DNA of 64,000 nt from a virus: the IMG/VR virus record IMGVR_UViG_3300032309_001318, positions 1 through 64,000 of that record. The stretch is one strand, 5' to 3'. Under the pieces are notes generated by a model. That model saw nothing but the letters and a program-made list of their open reading frames with translations. It did no database searches and was not told where the DNA came from. Within the stretch, counting starts at the first letter, position 1. Every line of letters begins with the position of its first letter. Made by a program: the position numbers and the translations under genes. This document shows, one piece after another, positions 6,758 to 16,719 of the stretch.

Positions 6758-6955
6758 TTACTCTTCTGGGGTGTAAGAAGGTGTCGGACCTAATAAAAAT
6801 CCTTGCTCATGATATTCAACCATTTTAGATGTCTTCTCAGAGCCAGCAACTTCATTTGCTATAAGAGTTAATAAGTCATATATCCTGTGTAACATAATAT
6901 AATCAACCATAGGAAGATTATCTTCTAGATTTTGATTTACAGGAGCTTCAGACAT
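6758..6955 (-). CDS. Hypothetical protein
   Basis: ORF track; GAGG RBS; overlaps upstream gene. Confidence 0.75.
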   Translation of the reverse strand: MSEAPVNQNLEDNLPMVDYIMLHRIYDLLTLIANEVAGSEKTSKMVEYHEQGFLLGPTPSYTPEE

Positions 6956-7166
6956 TTTTTACCTCATTTACTAATAATACAATCTTATCATAGAAAGAGC
7001 TTCCTATAAAGTTTTTATAGTCGCAAGAAATGCAATATAGAAATATGTTGTCATTTAGATCTAAATTGCAAAAAAGAGAGCCCTGGTCCATTGGACATTC
7101 CAAAACTGGAACAAGGCCCTCTTCTGATAAAGCTATATACTGAGATACATATTGTATCTGTCGCAA
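6948..7166 (-). CDS. Small Zn-ribbon-like protein (CPMD...CISC)
   Basis: ORF track; AAGGAG RBS before TTG start. Confidence 0.7.
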   Translation of the reverse strand: MRQIQYVSQYIALSEEGLVPVLECPMDQGSLFCNLDLNDNIFLYCISCDYKNFIGSSFYDKIVLLVNEVKNV

Positions 7167-7175
7167 AATTGCTCC

Positions 7176-7727
7176 TTAAGCTTTAGGGAATTGAGGAATC
7201 AACTCCTTGGCCTTCCCTATTGAGTTAGGCCACGATGACCAATCTTTTCCGCCCTTGGTCATATAGTACGTTATCTCTGCGTTTGTTACTGGATCAAATA
7301 ATTCCTTATTTGAAACTAAATCGAACTTTTCTTTTCTATCTATGCCAAGTTGCCCTAGCATATTTATTTGGAAAATTCCGTAAGATTGATCTCCAGTTGA
7401 TTTGTTGTCGTTTAGAGCAAGCGGTCTCCCGTTAGACTCTACTCTAGCAACAGCCCAAGCTGTTTTTAAAGCTACTCCTTCAAAGCCTACAGCCCATAAT
7501 AGATCTTTTAGATCATTAGGTGCAAGCATTTCAGAGTGCTCATAAGTGTCATTGCTGAACTTATTTAGTATTTCTCTTTTTAGTTGTATTTCGGTTTTTT
7601 CTTCTTTTGCTTCTAAAGCCTGAGTAGCAGTTGGTCCAGGCTGGACGGAAAATAGAAATAATGTTATTATTGCTATTGCGGCCCAGTTATGTACAACATC
7701 ACTAAGTCTTTGTTTTACTTTCTCCAT
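7176..7727 (-). CDS. Lytic transglycosylase (SLT/lysozyme-like) with N-terminal signal or membrane anchor
   Basis: AVARVES catalytic Glu, GIFQIN, DPVTNA, W-x-x-W; start moved to 7727 on AGGAGG RBS; TTGACA-N18-TATTAT promoter at 7790-7761. Confidence 0.85.
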   Translation of the reverse strand: MEKVKQRLSDVVHNWAAIAIITLFLFSVQPGPTATQALEAKEEKTEIQLKREILNKFSNDTYEHSEMLAPNDLKDLLWAVGFEGVALKTAWAVARVESNGRPLALNDNKSTGDQSYGIFQINMLGQLGIDRKEKFDLVSNKELFDPVTNAEITYYMTKGGKDWSSWPNSIGKAKELIPQFPKA

Positions 7728-7812
7728 TGGCATTTCCTCCTTTAGAGATAACGAACTATAATAATACCATTGTGCTTTAAAGAGTGTCAAGCCAGTTGAC
7801 CAGAAAGAATGT

Positions 7813-8802
7813 ATGAATATATCGTTTTCCACAGTAATTGCTAACCTAAAAAGCAAAAATGGATATGGCTACGCAGGAGAAAATATAGTTAAATCACTAA
7901 ATAACCTGGGACACTTTGTTCCATTTCAAGACCCAAAGTCTAAAGTACAGTTTAATTTTTCACAACCATCGCATTTTAAATTACATAAAAATCAATATCA
8001 AATTAGTTATACTCCGTGGGAGTCTACAGTAATACCAGAAGACTGGAAAGAATACATGGATGCTTGCGATGAAATTTGGACTACCTCAGATTGGTGTGCA
8101 AATGTTTTTGAAGATAACGGATACAAGGTGGATAAAGTTTATCCACATGGAATTGATCCAATATGGAAACCTTATAAAAGGCAAGATGACGGAATAATAA
8201 AATTTTTACATGTCGGAGAGCCAGCACCACGAAAAGCTGGTCAAATGGTTGTGGAATCCTTTATAAGTTTATTTGGAAACAACCCCAAATACTCTTTAAC
8301 AATTAAAGCAGACCAAATTAATACAACAAGAGTTTATAATAACTTTATAGACAAAAACATAATTGGCACACCAGAAAAACTTTACTCAAATATTAATTTA
8401 ATAACAGAAGTTTTAACAAATGAAGAGCTAGTACAACTGTATAACTCACATGATGTTTTAATTTATCCAAGCTATGGAGAAGGTTTTGGCTTTATTCCAT
8501 TTCAAGCTTTAGCAACTGGCATGCCGACTATTTGTACTAGCGGATGGGCCCACTACGAAAAATATCTTGGTCCACTAAAATTAAAATCAAAAATTATAGA
8601 TTCACCATGGCCATTCCCACACAAAGGAAAAGTTTTTGAGCCAAACCGTCAACATCTACTTGAACTTATGAGAGATGTGTCTATTAATTTTAAAGCATAT
8701 TCAAATTATTATTTTGCTCAGTCAACTAAAATACATAAAGATTATAATTGGGATCAGTTGACTGAAAACGCTTTTAAAGATATTTTTAAAAAATTTTCCT
8801 AG
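7813..8802 (+). CDS. Glycosyltransferase family 4 (GT-B)
   Basis: TPWES, PHGID, YPSYGEGFGFIPFQALATGMP. Confidence 0.9.
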   Translation: MNISFSTVIANLKSKNGYGYAGENIVKSLNNLGHFVPFQDPKSKVQFNFSQPSHFKLHKNQYQISYTPWESTVIPEDWKEYMDACDEIWTTSDWCANVFEDNGYKVDKVYPHGIDPIWKPYKRQDDGIIKFLHVGEPAPRKAGQMVVESFISLFGNNPKYSLTIKADQINTTRVYNNFIDKNIIGTPEKLYSNINLITEVLTNEELVQLYNSHDVLIYPSYGEGFGFIPFQALATGMPTICTSGWAHYEKYLGPLKLKSKIIDSPWPFPHKGKVFEPNRQHLLELMRDVSINFKAYSNYYFAQSTKIHKDYNWDQLTENAFKDIFKKFS

Positions 8803-8885
8803 GGCTAGACCCCTTAATAAAAGTTTGATACACTTAGACTTCATCAAAAATTTTAATTAATCCGCAGGCGGAAGAAGAGGTCTAT

Positions 8886-10820
8886 ATGTCAACATCTATT
8901 GAAAACCCGTACGAAAACTTTATTGCATTGTCTCGATATGCACGTTGGATGCCAGAAGAAAATCGTAGAGAAACTTGGAGCGAAACAGTAGATCGTTATT
9001 TTTCTTTTATGCTAAATCATTTATTTAAAGAGCATTCATATGAGCCTTCATCAAAACTAATAACAGAATTAAAACAAGCGGTGCTAGATAGAAACGTTAT
9101 GCCATCAATGAGATCCGTAATGACCGCTGGCCCAGCGCTAGAGAGAGATCATGTTGCGGGATACAATTGTTCATTTGTACCAGTAGATAATCCCCGTTCA
9201 TTTGACGAAACAATGTACATTTTAATGTGTGGAACTGGAGTTGGATTTTCTGTCGAATATAAATACGTAAATAAACTTCCAATAATTCCAGAATCTTTTG
9301 AAAAATCTACAACGGTAATTGTTGTTGAAGATTCTAAGTCTGGTTGGGCGAAAGCATTTCGTGAATTACTTGCACTTCTTTGGACTGGACAGATTCCATC
9401 AATTGATGTAAGCAAACTTCGTCCCGCAGGCGCAAGGCTTAAAACTATGGGTGGAAGATCTTCTGGCCCACAGCCTTTAGTTAATCTTTTTGATTTTACA
9501 ATTGCTAAATTTAAAAATGCAGCAGGTAGACAATTCAAGCCAATTGAAGCACACGACATTATGTGCAAAATAGGTGAAATTGTAGTGGTTGGCGGAGTAC
9601 GCAGATCTGCATTGATTTCTCTTTCTAATATTAATGATATTGAAATGGCACAAGCAAAAACTGGAAATTGGTGGGAGCACAATTCACAACGTGCACTTTC
9701 TAACAACTCAGTGGCGTATTCTAGAAAACCACAAATGGAACAATTTATAGCAGAATGGAAATCTTTATATGATTCAAAGTCTGGAGAACGAGGTATATAC
9801 AATGTGGCCGCAGCTCAAGCCCAAGCAGCCAAATATGGAAGAAGAGATCCAGATATACACTATGGAACTAACCCTTGCTCAGAGATTATTTTACGTCCTT
9901 ATCAGTTTTGTAACCTTTCAGAAGTCGTACTACGTGAAAACGATACAAAGAAAGATATCGAACGTAAAGTTGAGCTTGCTACTATTCTTGGGACATGGCA
10001 GTCAACGCTTACAGACTTTAAATATCTCCGCAAGATTTGGAAAGACAATACAGAAGAAGAACGCCTACTAGGAGTATCTCGTACTGGACAATTTGGACAT
10101 AAGTTTATGTCTGGAAAAGAAAATTTGGAATCTTTGGAAGAATTTTTAAATTTACTTAGAGAATCAGCAAGAGCAAAAAATAAAGATGAGGCTGGGAAAA
10201 TTGGGATTCCAGAGTCTGCCGCTATTACATGCGTAAAACCATCAGGAACAGTATCTCAATTGGTCGGGGTGTCTTCAGGAATGCATGCATGGCATTCTCC
10301 ATACTATATTCGAACAGTTCGTGGCTCCAAGGGAGATCCAATTTCTACTTTCTTAAAAGAAGTAGGTATTCCAGTAGAGGATGACGTAATGAAGCCAAAT
10401 GAAACTTACGTATTTTCATTTCCAGTAAAAGCACCAGAAGGTGCAATTGTTAGAAATGACCTAACCGCTATTGAACATTTAAATATTTGGTTAGTTTACC
10501 AACGTGCCTGGTGTGAGCACAAGCCATCAATTACCGTTTCAGTTAAAGAAGACGAATGGATGGAAGTAGGAGCTTGGGTATACAAGAATTTTGACGATGT
10601 TTCTGGAATCTCATTTTTACCGATGTCAGAGCACACATACAAGCAGGCTCCATATCAAGAGATATCTAAAGAAGAATATTTAGATCTTTTGGGCAAAATG
10701 CCTAAAGAAATTAGATGGGCTGATCTTTGTTTTTACGAGACGGAAGATGGAACATCTGGAAATCAAACCCTTGCATGCACATCTGACGGGAACTGTGAAA
10801 TTGTAGATATAACCGCATAA
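8886..10820 (+). CDS. nrdJ: Class II (adenosylcobalamin-dependent) ribonucleotide reductase
   Basis: YNCSF, TNPCSEI, TCVKPSGTVSQL, C-terminal ACTSDGNCEI cysteine pair; no beta subunit nearby. Confidence 0.93.
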   Translation: MSTSIENPYENFIALSRYARWMPEENRRETWSETVDRYFSFMLNHLFKEHSYEPSSKLITELKQAVLDRNVMPSMRSVMTAGPALERDHVAGYNCSFVPVDNPRSFDETMYILMCGTGVGFSVEYKYVNKLPIIPESFEKSTTVIVVEDSKSGWAKAFRELLALLWTGQIPSIDVSKLRPAGARLKTMGGRSSGPQPLVNLFDFTIAKFKNAAGRQFKPIEAHDIMCKIGEIVVVGGVRRSALISLSNINDIEMAQAKTGNWWEHNSQRALSNNSVAYSRKPQMEQFIAEWKSLYDSKSGERGIYNVAAAQAQAAKYGRRDPDIHYGTNPCSEIILRPYQFCNLSEVVLRENDTKKDIERKVELATILGTWQSTLTDFKYLRKIWKDNTEEERLLGVSRTGQFGHKFMSGKENLESLEEFLNLLRESARAKNKDEAGKIGIPESAAITCVKPSGTVSQLVGVSSGMHAWHSPYYIRTVRGSKGDPISTFLKEVGIPVEDDVMKPNETYVFSFPVKAPEGAIVRNDLTAIEHLNIWLVYQRAWCEHKPSITVSVKEDEWMEVGAWVYKNFDDVSGISFLPMSEHTYKQAPYQEISKEEYLDLLGKMPKEIRWADLCFYETEDGTSGNQTLACTSDGNCEIVDITA

Positions 10821-10859
10821 TGGTAGAATATATAGTGGCGAAAGCCAAAAGGAGATAAT

Positions 10860-11054
10860 ATGAATACATATACAGAACAAATACTAGCAGCCCTAGGAAC
10901 TTACGGAAGAGCATTCCTAGCAGCAGCTACAGCTCTATACATGACTGGAAATACAAATCCAAAAGATTTAATTGCAGCAGGAGTTGCAGCAGTTGCCCCA
11001 GTTATTCTCAAGGCGTTAAGCCCAAGCAATACAGAGTTTGGCTTTAAAAAGTAA
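10860..11054 (+). CDS. Putative holin (r1t-like, two hydrophobic helices)
   Basis: 64 aa; RAFLAAATAL...AAVAPVILKAL; charged tail; AAGGAG RBS. Confidence 0.6.
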   Translation: MNTYTEQILAALGTYGRAFLAAATALYMTGNTNPKDLIAAGVAAVAPVILKALSPSNTEFGFKK

Positions 11055-11071
11055 AATAAAATAGTAGTCGA

Positions 11072-11118
11072 TTAGGATAGCTCCTGTGCTAAAATAAGCA
11101 TAGGAGTTTTCCTATTTT
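11072..11118 (+). terminator. Long hairpin after the holin, overlapping a TGCTAAAAT extended -10
   Basis: TAGGATAGCTCCTGTGCT / AGCATAGGAGTTTTCCTA followed by T run. Confidence 0.5.
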
Positions 11119-11132
11119 AGGAGATTTTGAAA

Positions 11133-11483
11133 ATGGCAGTACAAAAGAATTTTGAAGTAGATCAAAATGCTACTTTTACCTTTGAGGTTCAATACACCTT
11201 AGAGGACGAAGTCACACCAATAAGTTTAGTAAATGCAACTGCAAAGATGCAAGTACGTGATACTAAAGGTGGATCCAAACTAGCATTTACACTAACATCA
11301 CCCTCTGGTGGTATAACAATTAATGGTGCAACTGGAACACTAACCATTAAAATGACACCTACCCAGACAAATAAACTCTTTTATCCAAAATCTTCTTATG
11401 ACGTTATGGTTGTCGATTCTAACGGGAATAAAATAAAACTCCTCGAAGGGTTTTTAACTCTCAGCAGATCGGTAACTATATAA
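11133..11483 (+). CDS. Virion structural beta-sandwich protein (BppU-N/LtfC-like fibre adaptor)
   Basis: AKMQVR...YDVMVVDSNG...KLLEG pattern; heads the fibre cluster. Confidence 0.65.
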   Translation: MAVQKNFEVDQNATFTFEVQYTLEDEVTPISLVNATAKMQVRDTKGGSKLAFTLTSPSGGITINGATGTLTIKMTPTQTNKLFYPKSSYDVMVVDSNGNKIKLLEGFLTLSRSVTI

Positions 11484-11938
11484 TGTCAGCAGAAAAAGTA
11501 ATAGTAAAAGAAGTAAAAAATAAAGTAATTGTAAAATCACCAGGACCACAAGGCCCTGCTGGAAGAACTATATTAAATGGAATCTCTGCACCATCAAATA
11601 ACCTAGGCGTTATTGGAGATTTTTATTACAACACAGTTACAACAGATTTCTACGGACCAAAGATTACAGATTTAAGTTGGTCTGGAGCAACCGTTATTAA
11701 ATTTATTCAAGAAGGCTCAGAGTATTCATACTCATCTTCATGGGAAATTGCTCAAGTTGTTGGACCAACCAATGGTGTATATTCAGTAACAATATCACAC
11801 AACCTTGGGTTTTTCCCAAACGTAACAACAAAAGATAGCTCTGGGGAAACAGTTGAAACTGGACTAGACTATTTAGACACAAATAGAATAAGGCTGACAA
11901 TGGCTCAACCATTTTCAGGGACAGCATACCTGTCATAA
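11483..11938 (+). CDS. Fibre-associated structural protein with short collagen-like segment
   Basis: GPQGPAG; GVIGDFYY; C-terminal HNLG domain. Confidence 0.7.
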   Translation: MSAEKVIVKEVKNKVIVKSPGPQGPAGRTILNGISAPSNNLGVIGDFYYNTVTTDFYGPKITDLSWSGATVIKFIQEGSEYSYSSSWEIAQVVGPTNGVYSVTISHNLGFFPNVTTKDSSGETVETGLDYLDTNRIRLTMAQPFSGTAYLS

Positions 11939-11950
11939 AGGAGAAACAAA

Positions 11951-13318
11951 ATGGCAAGAAAATTTTTAGTTAGCTTAGACCTTAACAAAAATGAATTACA
12001 AAATGCTCGAATTCAAAACCTTAGCACTGCGCCCTCAAGCCCAGTAGAAGGTCAAATATATTTTAACACAGTAGATAAAATTGTATACTTCTTTGACGGA
12101 ACAACCTGGATCCCAACATCTGGCTCCCTAGAAGTAATTCAAGATGCTATTGGTGCATATGTTTCTGGTGGCACTGGTTTAACAGCAACGTATACAGATT
12201 CAACAGGAACAACAGTAATTGATCTAGATAACACAGCAGTAACACCTGGATCATACGGATCTACAACAGCAATTCCTACATTTACAGTAGACGCACAAGG
12301 TCGTTTGACTGCAGCAGGAACAGTAAACGTAGCAACTAATCTTTCAATTGCTGGAGACACTGGAACAGACACAGTTGATTTATTAACTGACACATTAACT
12401 GTTTCAGGTGGAGAAGGAATTGATGTTGCAGTAACAAACAACACAATTACAGTATCAGCAGAAGACGCAACTTCATCTAATAAAGGTGTTGCAAGTTTTG
12501 ATGCCACAGACTTTACCGTAGCAGCAGGCGCAGTAACATTAAATGCTGAGCGTGTACAAGATATTGTTTCTTCACAAATTGTTGCTGGAGAAGGTATTGA
12601 TGTATCATACGATGATACAGCAGGAACCCTAACAGTAGATGCAGAAATTGCAACAACTACAAATCGTGGTGTTGCTTCATTTGCAGACGCAGACTTTACC
12701 GTAACAGATGGCGCAGTAAGTATTAAAAATGTTAATCTTGCAACACAAACAACTGGTAACTATATTGCAACAATTGCTGGAACAGCAAATGAAATTACAG
12801 TTTCTGGTTCAGGATCAGAAAATTCAGCAGTAACAATTGGGCTTCCAGATGACGTAACAATTACTGGCAATCTTCTTGTGGGTGGCAACTTAAATGTTAC
12901 AGGAACAGTTAACTCTGTAAATACAACCCAGGTAAACATTGTTGATAACAAGATTAATCTTAATACTGATTTTACTGGAGCACCAGTAGCAGACGCTGGA
13001 ATTCGTGTAGAGCGAGGCAGCGAAACAGATGTTGAAATTCTATGGAACGAGTCCTCAGATAAATGGACAGTTACAAATGATGGAACTAACTATCATGCAA
13101 TAACTAGAAAGTATGTCGAGACGTTAAACTCAGTAGCAACATCATACACGGTTACTCATAACTTGGGTTCAACTGATGTTTTAGTACAGGTTTCGCAAGC
13201 AGCTTCTCCATATGCTAAAGTTGAGACAGACGTAGAATTAACATCTGCATCTGCCGTAACTATTAAATTTGCAGTAGCACCTGCATCAGGAGAATACAAA
13301 GTAGTAGTAATAGGCTAA
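11951..13318 (+). CDS. Virion fibre protein
   Basis: Thr/Ala/Gly-rich; internal repeats (GEGIDV, GVASF..DFTV); AGIRVERG; C-terminal HNLG domain. Confidence 0.75.
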   Translation: MARKFLVSLDLNKNELQNARIQNLSTAPSSPVEGQIYFNTVDKIVYFFDGTTWIPTSGSLEVIQDAIGAYVSGGTGLTATYTDSTGTTVIDLDNTAVTPGSYGSTTAIPTFTVDAQGRLTAAGTVNVATNLSIAGDTGTDTVDLLTDTLTVSGGEGIDVAVTNNTITVSAEDATSSNKGVASFDATDFTVAAGAVTLNAERVQDIVSSQIVAGEGIDVSYDDTAGTLTVDAEIATTTNRGVASFADADFTVTDGAVSIKNVNLATQTTGNYIATIAGTANEITVSGSGSENSAVTIGLPDDVTITGNLLVGGNLNVTGTVNSVNTTQVNIVDNKINLNTDFTGAPVADAGIRVERGSETDVEILWNESSDKWTVTNDGTNYHAITRKYVETLNSVATSYTVTHNLGSTDVLVQVSQAASPYAKVETDVELTSASAVTIKFAVAPASGEYKVVVIG

Positions 13319-13325
13319 ATAAAAA

Positions 13326-13790
13326 ATGAAACTTAAGTCTTTATTAAACCTCCTAACGCTGGCAGAAAATCCATCTACAGCTTTAGAAGGTGACGTATAC
13401 TTTAATATTTTAACAAAAAATATTAGAATATATAATGGAGATTTTTGGGTAGACATTACCCCACAAAGCGATGATCCAACCCCATTTTATATGCATACAC
13501 ACGCATACGATGGAGCAGTACACACAATAGATGTAGAAAATCCAATTACATTTAAAGATGTTAATACAACACAGAGCGTTTTAGAAAACATTCCAGTTGT
13601 TGTTGGATTTGATGGTGGTGGGCCAAACGATGAAGTAGATGAACCTAATTTTGAAAATTTATCTTTACTTCCAGGAGGCCTACCAGAGTCTATTTATTAT
13701 CCAGAATCTGATAACATTACAATTAACGGTGGAGATTCTTCCACTGAATATGCATCAATAATAAATGGAGGAAATTCAAATGGTAGTTAG
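13326..13790 (+). CDS. Structural/fibre-associated protein
   Basis: EGDVYFN...IRIYNG motif similar to 11951; DGG motifs. Confidence 0.65.
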   Translation: MKLKSLLNLLTLAENPSTALEGDVYFNILTKNIRIYNGDFWVDITPQSDDPTPFYMHTHAYDGAVHTIDVENPITFKDVNTTQSVLENIPVVVGFDGGGPNDEVDEPNFENLSLLPGGLPESIYYPESDNITINGGDSSTEYASIINGGNSNGS

Positions 13791-15126
13791 AATTCAATTA
13801 AGAAGAGACATAGAGTCTGACTGGGTTAGAGATAATCCAATATTGCTTGATGGAGAAATTGCTATATCCTCAGATTTAAATAAATTTAAAATTGGAAACG
13901 GATCTAGGTGGGGCAGCACTTCATACTACAGCTCTCTTACCACTCAAGATTTAGAAAACACCTTGTCTTCATATGTGGAAGTTGGAGATGTTGGAAATGC
14001 AGGAGGCCCAGCAAAATTAGATATTGACGGAAACCTACTAATTCCAAAAGACAAAATTATTATAGAAGGCTCTACTGCAAACGATTATGAATTAACACTA
14101 CAATCACCAGACGTAGCCTCAGACATAACAGTAAATCTTCCCAGCGCATCAGGAACAATAGCTTTGTTATCACAAGTTCCTACTAACTATAATCAATTGG
14201 ATGGTCTACCAACTTTATTTGATGGATCTTATAATAATTTAACAAATAAACCAACTTTATTCGATGGTTCTTATAATGCCTTAACTGGAAAACCAACATT
14301 ATTTAATGGATCGTATAATGCTTTAACCGACAAGCCTTTTCTATTTAGTGGGTCATATGTAGATTTAACTGAAAAGCCTTCTTTGTTTAGCGGAGCATAT
14401 GATGATCTTTCTGGCAAACCAACCATTCCAAATTTAACTGGATATGCAACTGAAACATACGTTGGAACTGCAATTTCAAACCTAATAGATGCAGCACCAG
14501 GTGCTTTAAATACTTTAAATGAAATAGCCGCAGCAATTAATGACGACGCATCGTACGCAGCAACAATAACCACAGAATTAACAGCAAAAGCTCCATTAGC
14601 CTCACCAACATTTACTGGAACGGTTTCGGGTATTACTAAAGATATGGTAGGCTTAGGAAATGTTGATAATACAACAGACGCCCTTAAACCAATATCAACA
14701 GACACATTAAACGCTCTTAATCTTAAAGCTCCATTAGCCTCACCAACATTTACAGGCACCGTATCGGGGATTACAAAAACAATGGTGGGCCTAGGAAATG
14801 TAGACAACACTTCAGATATAGAAAAGTTTTTAATTGTAACAAATTCTCAATCTTCTTCATACACACTACAAGGCTCAGATGCAAACAAAATGATAGAGAT
14901 GACAGAAGTTAGCACTTTGACAATACCAAACGACTCTACCTATAATTTCCCTATTGGAACATATATTGAAGTATTACAAACTACATCAAATCAAGTTACT
15001 ATTGCTGGAGACGGATTTACTCCAAATGCAACACCAGGTTTAAAATTAAGATCTCAATGGTCAAGCGCAAGTTTAATTAAAAGAGCAGCAAATTCTTGGG
15101 TAGTTTTAGGAGACCTAAAGGCGTGA
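13780..15126 (+). CDS. Fibre protein with major tropism determinant N-terminal (Mtd-N) domain
   Basis: RIQLRRD...NPILLDGE...KFKIGNG; GGAGG RBS; VGLGNVDNT repeats; ends WVVLGDL. Confidence 0.8.
   Translation: MVVRIQLRRDIESDWVRDNPILLDGEIAISSDLNKFKIGNGSRWGSTSYYSSLTTQDLENTLSSYVEVGDVGNAGGPAKLDIDGNLLIPKDKIIIEGSTANDYELTLQSPDVASDITVNLPSASGTIALLSQVPTNYNQLDGLPTLFDGSYNNLTNKPTLFDGSYNALTGKPTLFNGSYNALTDKPFLFSGSYVDLTEKPSLFSGAYDDLSGKPTIPNLTGYATETYVGTAISNLIDAAPGALNTLNEIAAAINDDASYAATITTELTAKAPLASPTFTGTVSGITKDMVGLGNVDNTTDALKPISTDTLNALNLKAPLASPTFTGTVSGITKTMVGLGNVDNTSDIEKFLIVTNSQSSSYTLQGSDANKMIEMTEVSTLTIPNDSTYNFPIGTYIEVLQTTSNQVTIAGDGFTPNATPGLKLRSQWSSASLIKRAANSWVVLGDLKA
14188..14424 (+). repeat. About 5.5 degenerate 42-bp coding repeats (LFxGSYxxLTxKPx)
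   Basis: Visible in protein and DNA. Confidence 0.85.
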
Positions 15127-16079
15127 GACTCTTAAGATCTTCAAAAAATAAAAAAAGAGTATCTATTCCAAATATTGTTGGAATGGTTAGGTCAGAAGCC
15201 CTATCATTATTAAATAGTTTAGGATTATCTGTTATAGAAAATAACACAGGAACTTCAAATGAATCTTTGGGTGGAAAAATAATTGATCAGTCTATTGCAG
15301 AAAATTCAGTTGTTCCCGTAGGAACTCAAATAGAATACACATATGGATCTTTTAGCTTTACTCCATTTGGCTTTACACCATTTTCATTTACAGCACCACC
15401 AGACCCAGACCCAGATCCACCTCCGTATCAATTTGATACTCCAGCGGGGTTTGCTTTTACAGTACCTTATACTTTTAGCTGGGAACCTAATTGGTTTGAA
15501 GGTAAATCTGTAAGTGCAACAACTCTTATTAAATCAAAATATCCAACAGGCTTAATATTGGCATATAATTTAAAAGTGGGAGACGTACTATATTCTGCTT
15601 CAATTGAAGGAGTTGATACATCTAATGATCAAATTTTAAATTACATAAATAACTGGACAGCAGAAGACGTAGTAATTGATACAGAAATAGAAACTACCAT
15701 TGTTGCGATGGCAGCAAGAATTACAGATGGAGCTATTCTTATTAATGAAAACAAATATTCTAAAGCACACTGGATATTGATTAAAAATAATGAAGGAATA
15801 AAATTTAAAAATGTCACTGATGTTTTACTAACAGATTTAATATTTTCTCCAATGACACAAGACTGGAATCCCGTTACCCAGTGTATGCCAATAAACTCTA
15901 AAGAGCTAGTAATTTCTATAAACGTAGAGCCATATGATGTATTTTTTACAGATAACGCCTTAGTCCATGATTCCTACAACGCAGCACTAGACCCAAATGC
16001 AATCAATTCATCAGAAGAGGATTTTTCAGAAAAGCTCGTAGCAATGTATACAGAATGGCAAAATTTAATAAAAAAATAG
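15123..16079 (+). CDS. PASTA domain + Phe/Pro-rich linker + Hint domain protein
   Basis: IPNIVGM...IIDQS (PASTA); FSFTPFGFTPFSFT; Hint 15507-15971 (SVSATTLI...LKVGD...SKAH...VEPYDVFFTDNALVHD); GTG start overlaps upstream stop. Confidence 0.75.
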   Translation: MRLLRSSKNKKRVSIPNIVGMVRSEALSLLNSLGLSVIENNTGTSNESLGGKIIDQSIAENSVVPVGTQIEYTYGSFSFTPFGFTPFSFTAPPDPDPDPPPYQFDTPAGFAFTVPYTFSWEPNWFEGKSVSATTLIKSKYPTGLILAYNLKVGDVLYSASIEGVDTSNDQILNYINNWTAEDVVIDTEIETTIVAMAARITDGAILINENKYSKAHWILIKNNEGIKFKNVTDVLLTDLIFSPMTQDWNPVTQCMPINSKELVISINVEPYDVFFTDNALVHDSYNAALDPNAINSSEEDFSEKLVAMYTEWQNLIKK

Positions 16080-16145
16080 GTGTGTCCTATAATAATAAAT
16101 AGGATATAATATATCTACAAGTCATAATTTTGGAGCAATAAAACA

Positions 16146-16703
16146 ATGGCAACAAATTTTCCAAGTTCGATAGATTCATTAACAAATCCAAACTCAACGG
16201 ATGCGTTATCTAGTCCATCTCACTCGCAACAACATACTAATGCTAATGATGCGATAGAGGCATTACAAGCAAAAGTTGGAGTTAATGGCTCTCAAGATGT
16301 AAACTCTTTAGACTATAAGGTAGCAGATGTAATTGCTCAATTGCAAGACATTGAAAACTCAACCTCAGTAGCAGAAGTTCTTTTAGGCCTAGAAGGAAAC
16401 AATGACCTTACAATTGCGGGAATTGAAAACAAAACAAAAGTAGATGAGTTTTCAAAAACAGCATACAGAACAGTTTCATACAAACTTCAGATTTCAAAAG
16501 GAAGTGAATACACAACATCAGATATTTTATTACTAAACGATGGAACAAATTTAAACGTAGTAGAATCAAATATTATATCTAACACAAGCAGCAGTCTTGC
16601 TAATGTTACTTTTGAAGAAAATTCAGGTATAATAAGTTTAAACGTAGCACCAATAAGTGGATCTGTAACCGCTAGATATTACAGAACGTCTTTAAAGTCT
16701 TAA
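16146..16703 (+). CDS. Virion structural protein
   Basis: MATNFPSSID...H.NANDAIEALQAKVG; C-terminal beta domain shared with 16720-18099. Confidence 0.7.
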   Translation: MATNFPSSIDSLTNPNSTDALSSPSHSQQHTNANDAIEALQAKVGVNGSQDVNSLDYKVADVIAQLQDIENSTSVAEVLLGLEGNNDLTIAGIENKTKVDEFSKTAYRTVSYKLQISKGSEYTTSDILLLNDGTNLNVVESNIISNTSSSLANVTFEENSGIISLNVAPISGSVTARYYRTSLKS

Positions 16704-16719
16704 GACGGTAGGGGACAAA

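Noticed and set aside
7728-7856. N-terminal extension of the transglycosylase ORF
   Set aside because: Overlaps its own promoter and the divergent GT4; AGGAGG supports the start at 7727
9149-9802. Long antisense ORFs here and opposite structural genes (e.g. 14271-14810, 19678-20166, 33789-34301)
   Set aside because: Codon-bias shadows of strong genes; no RBS or motifs
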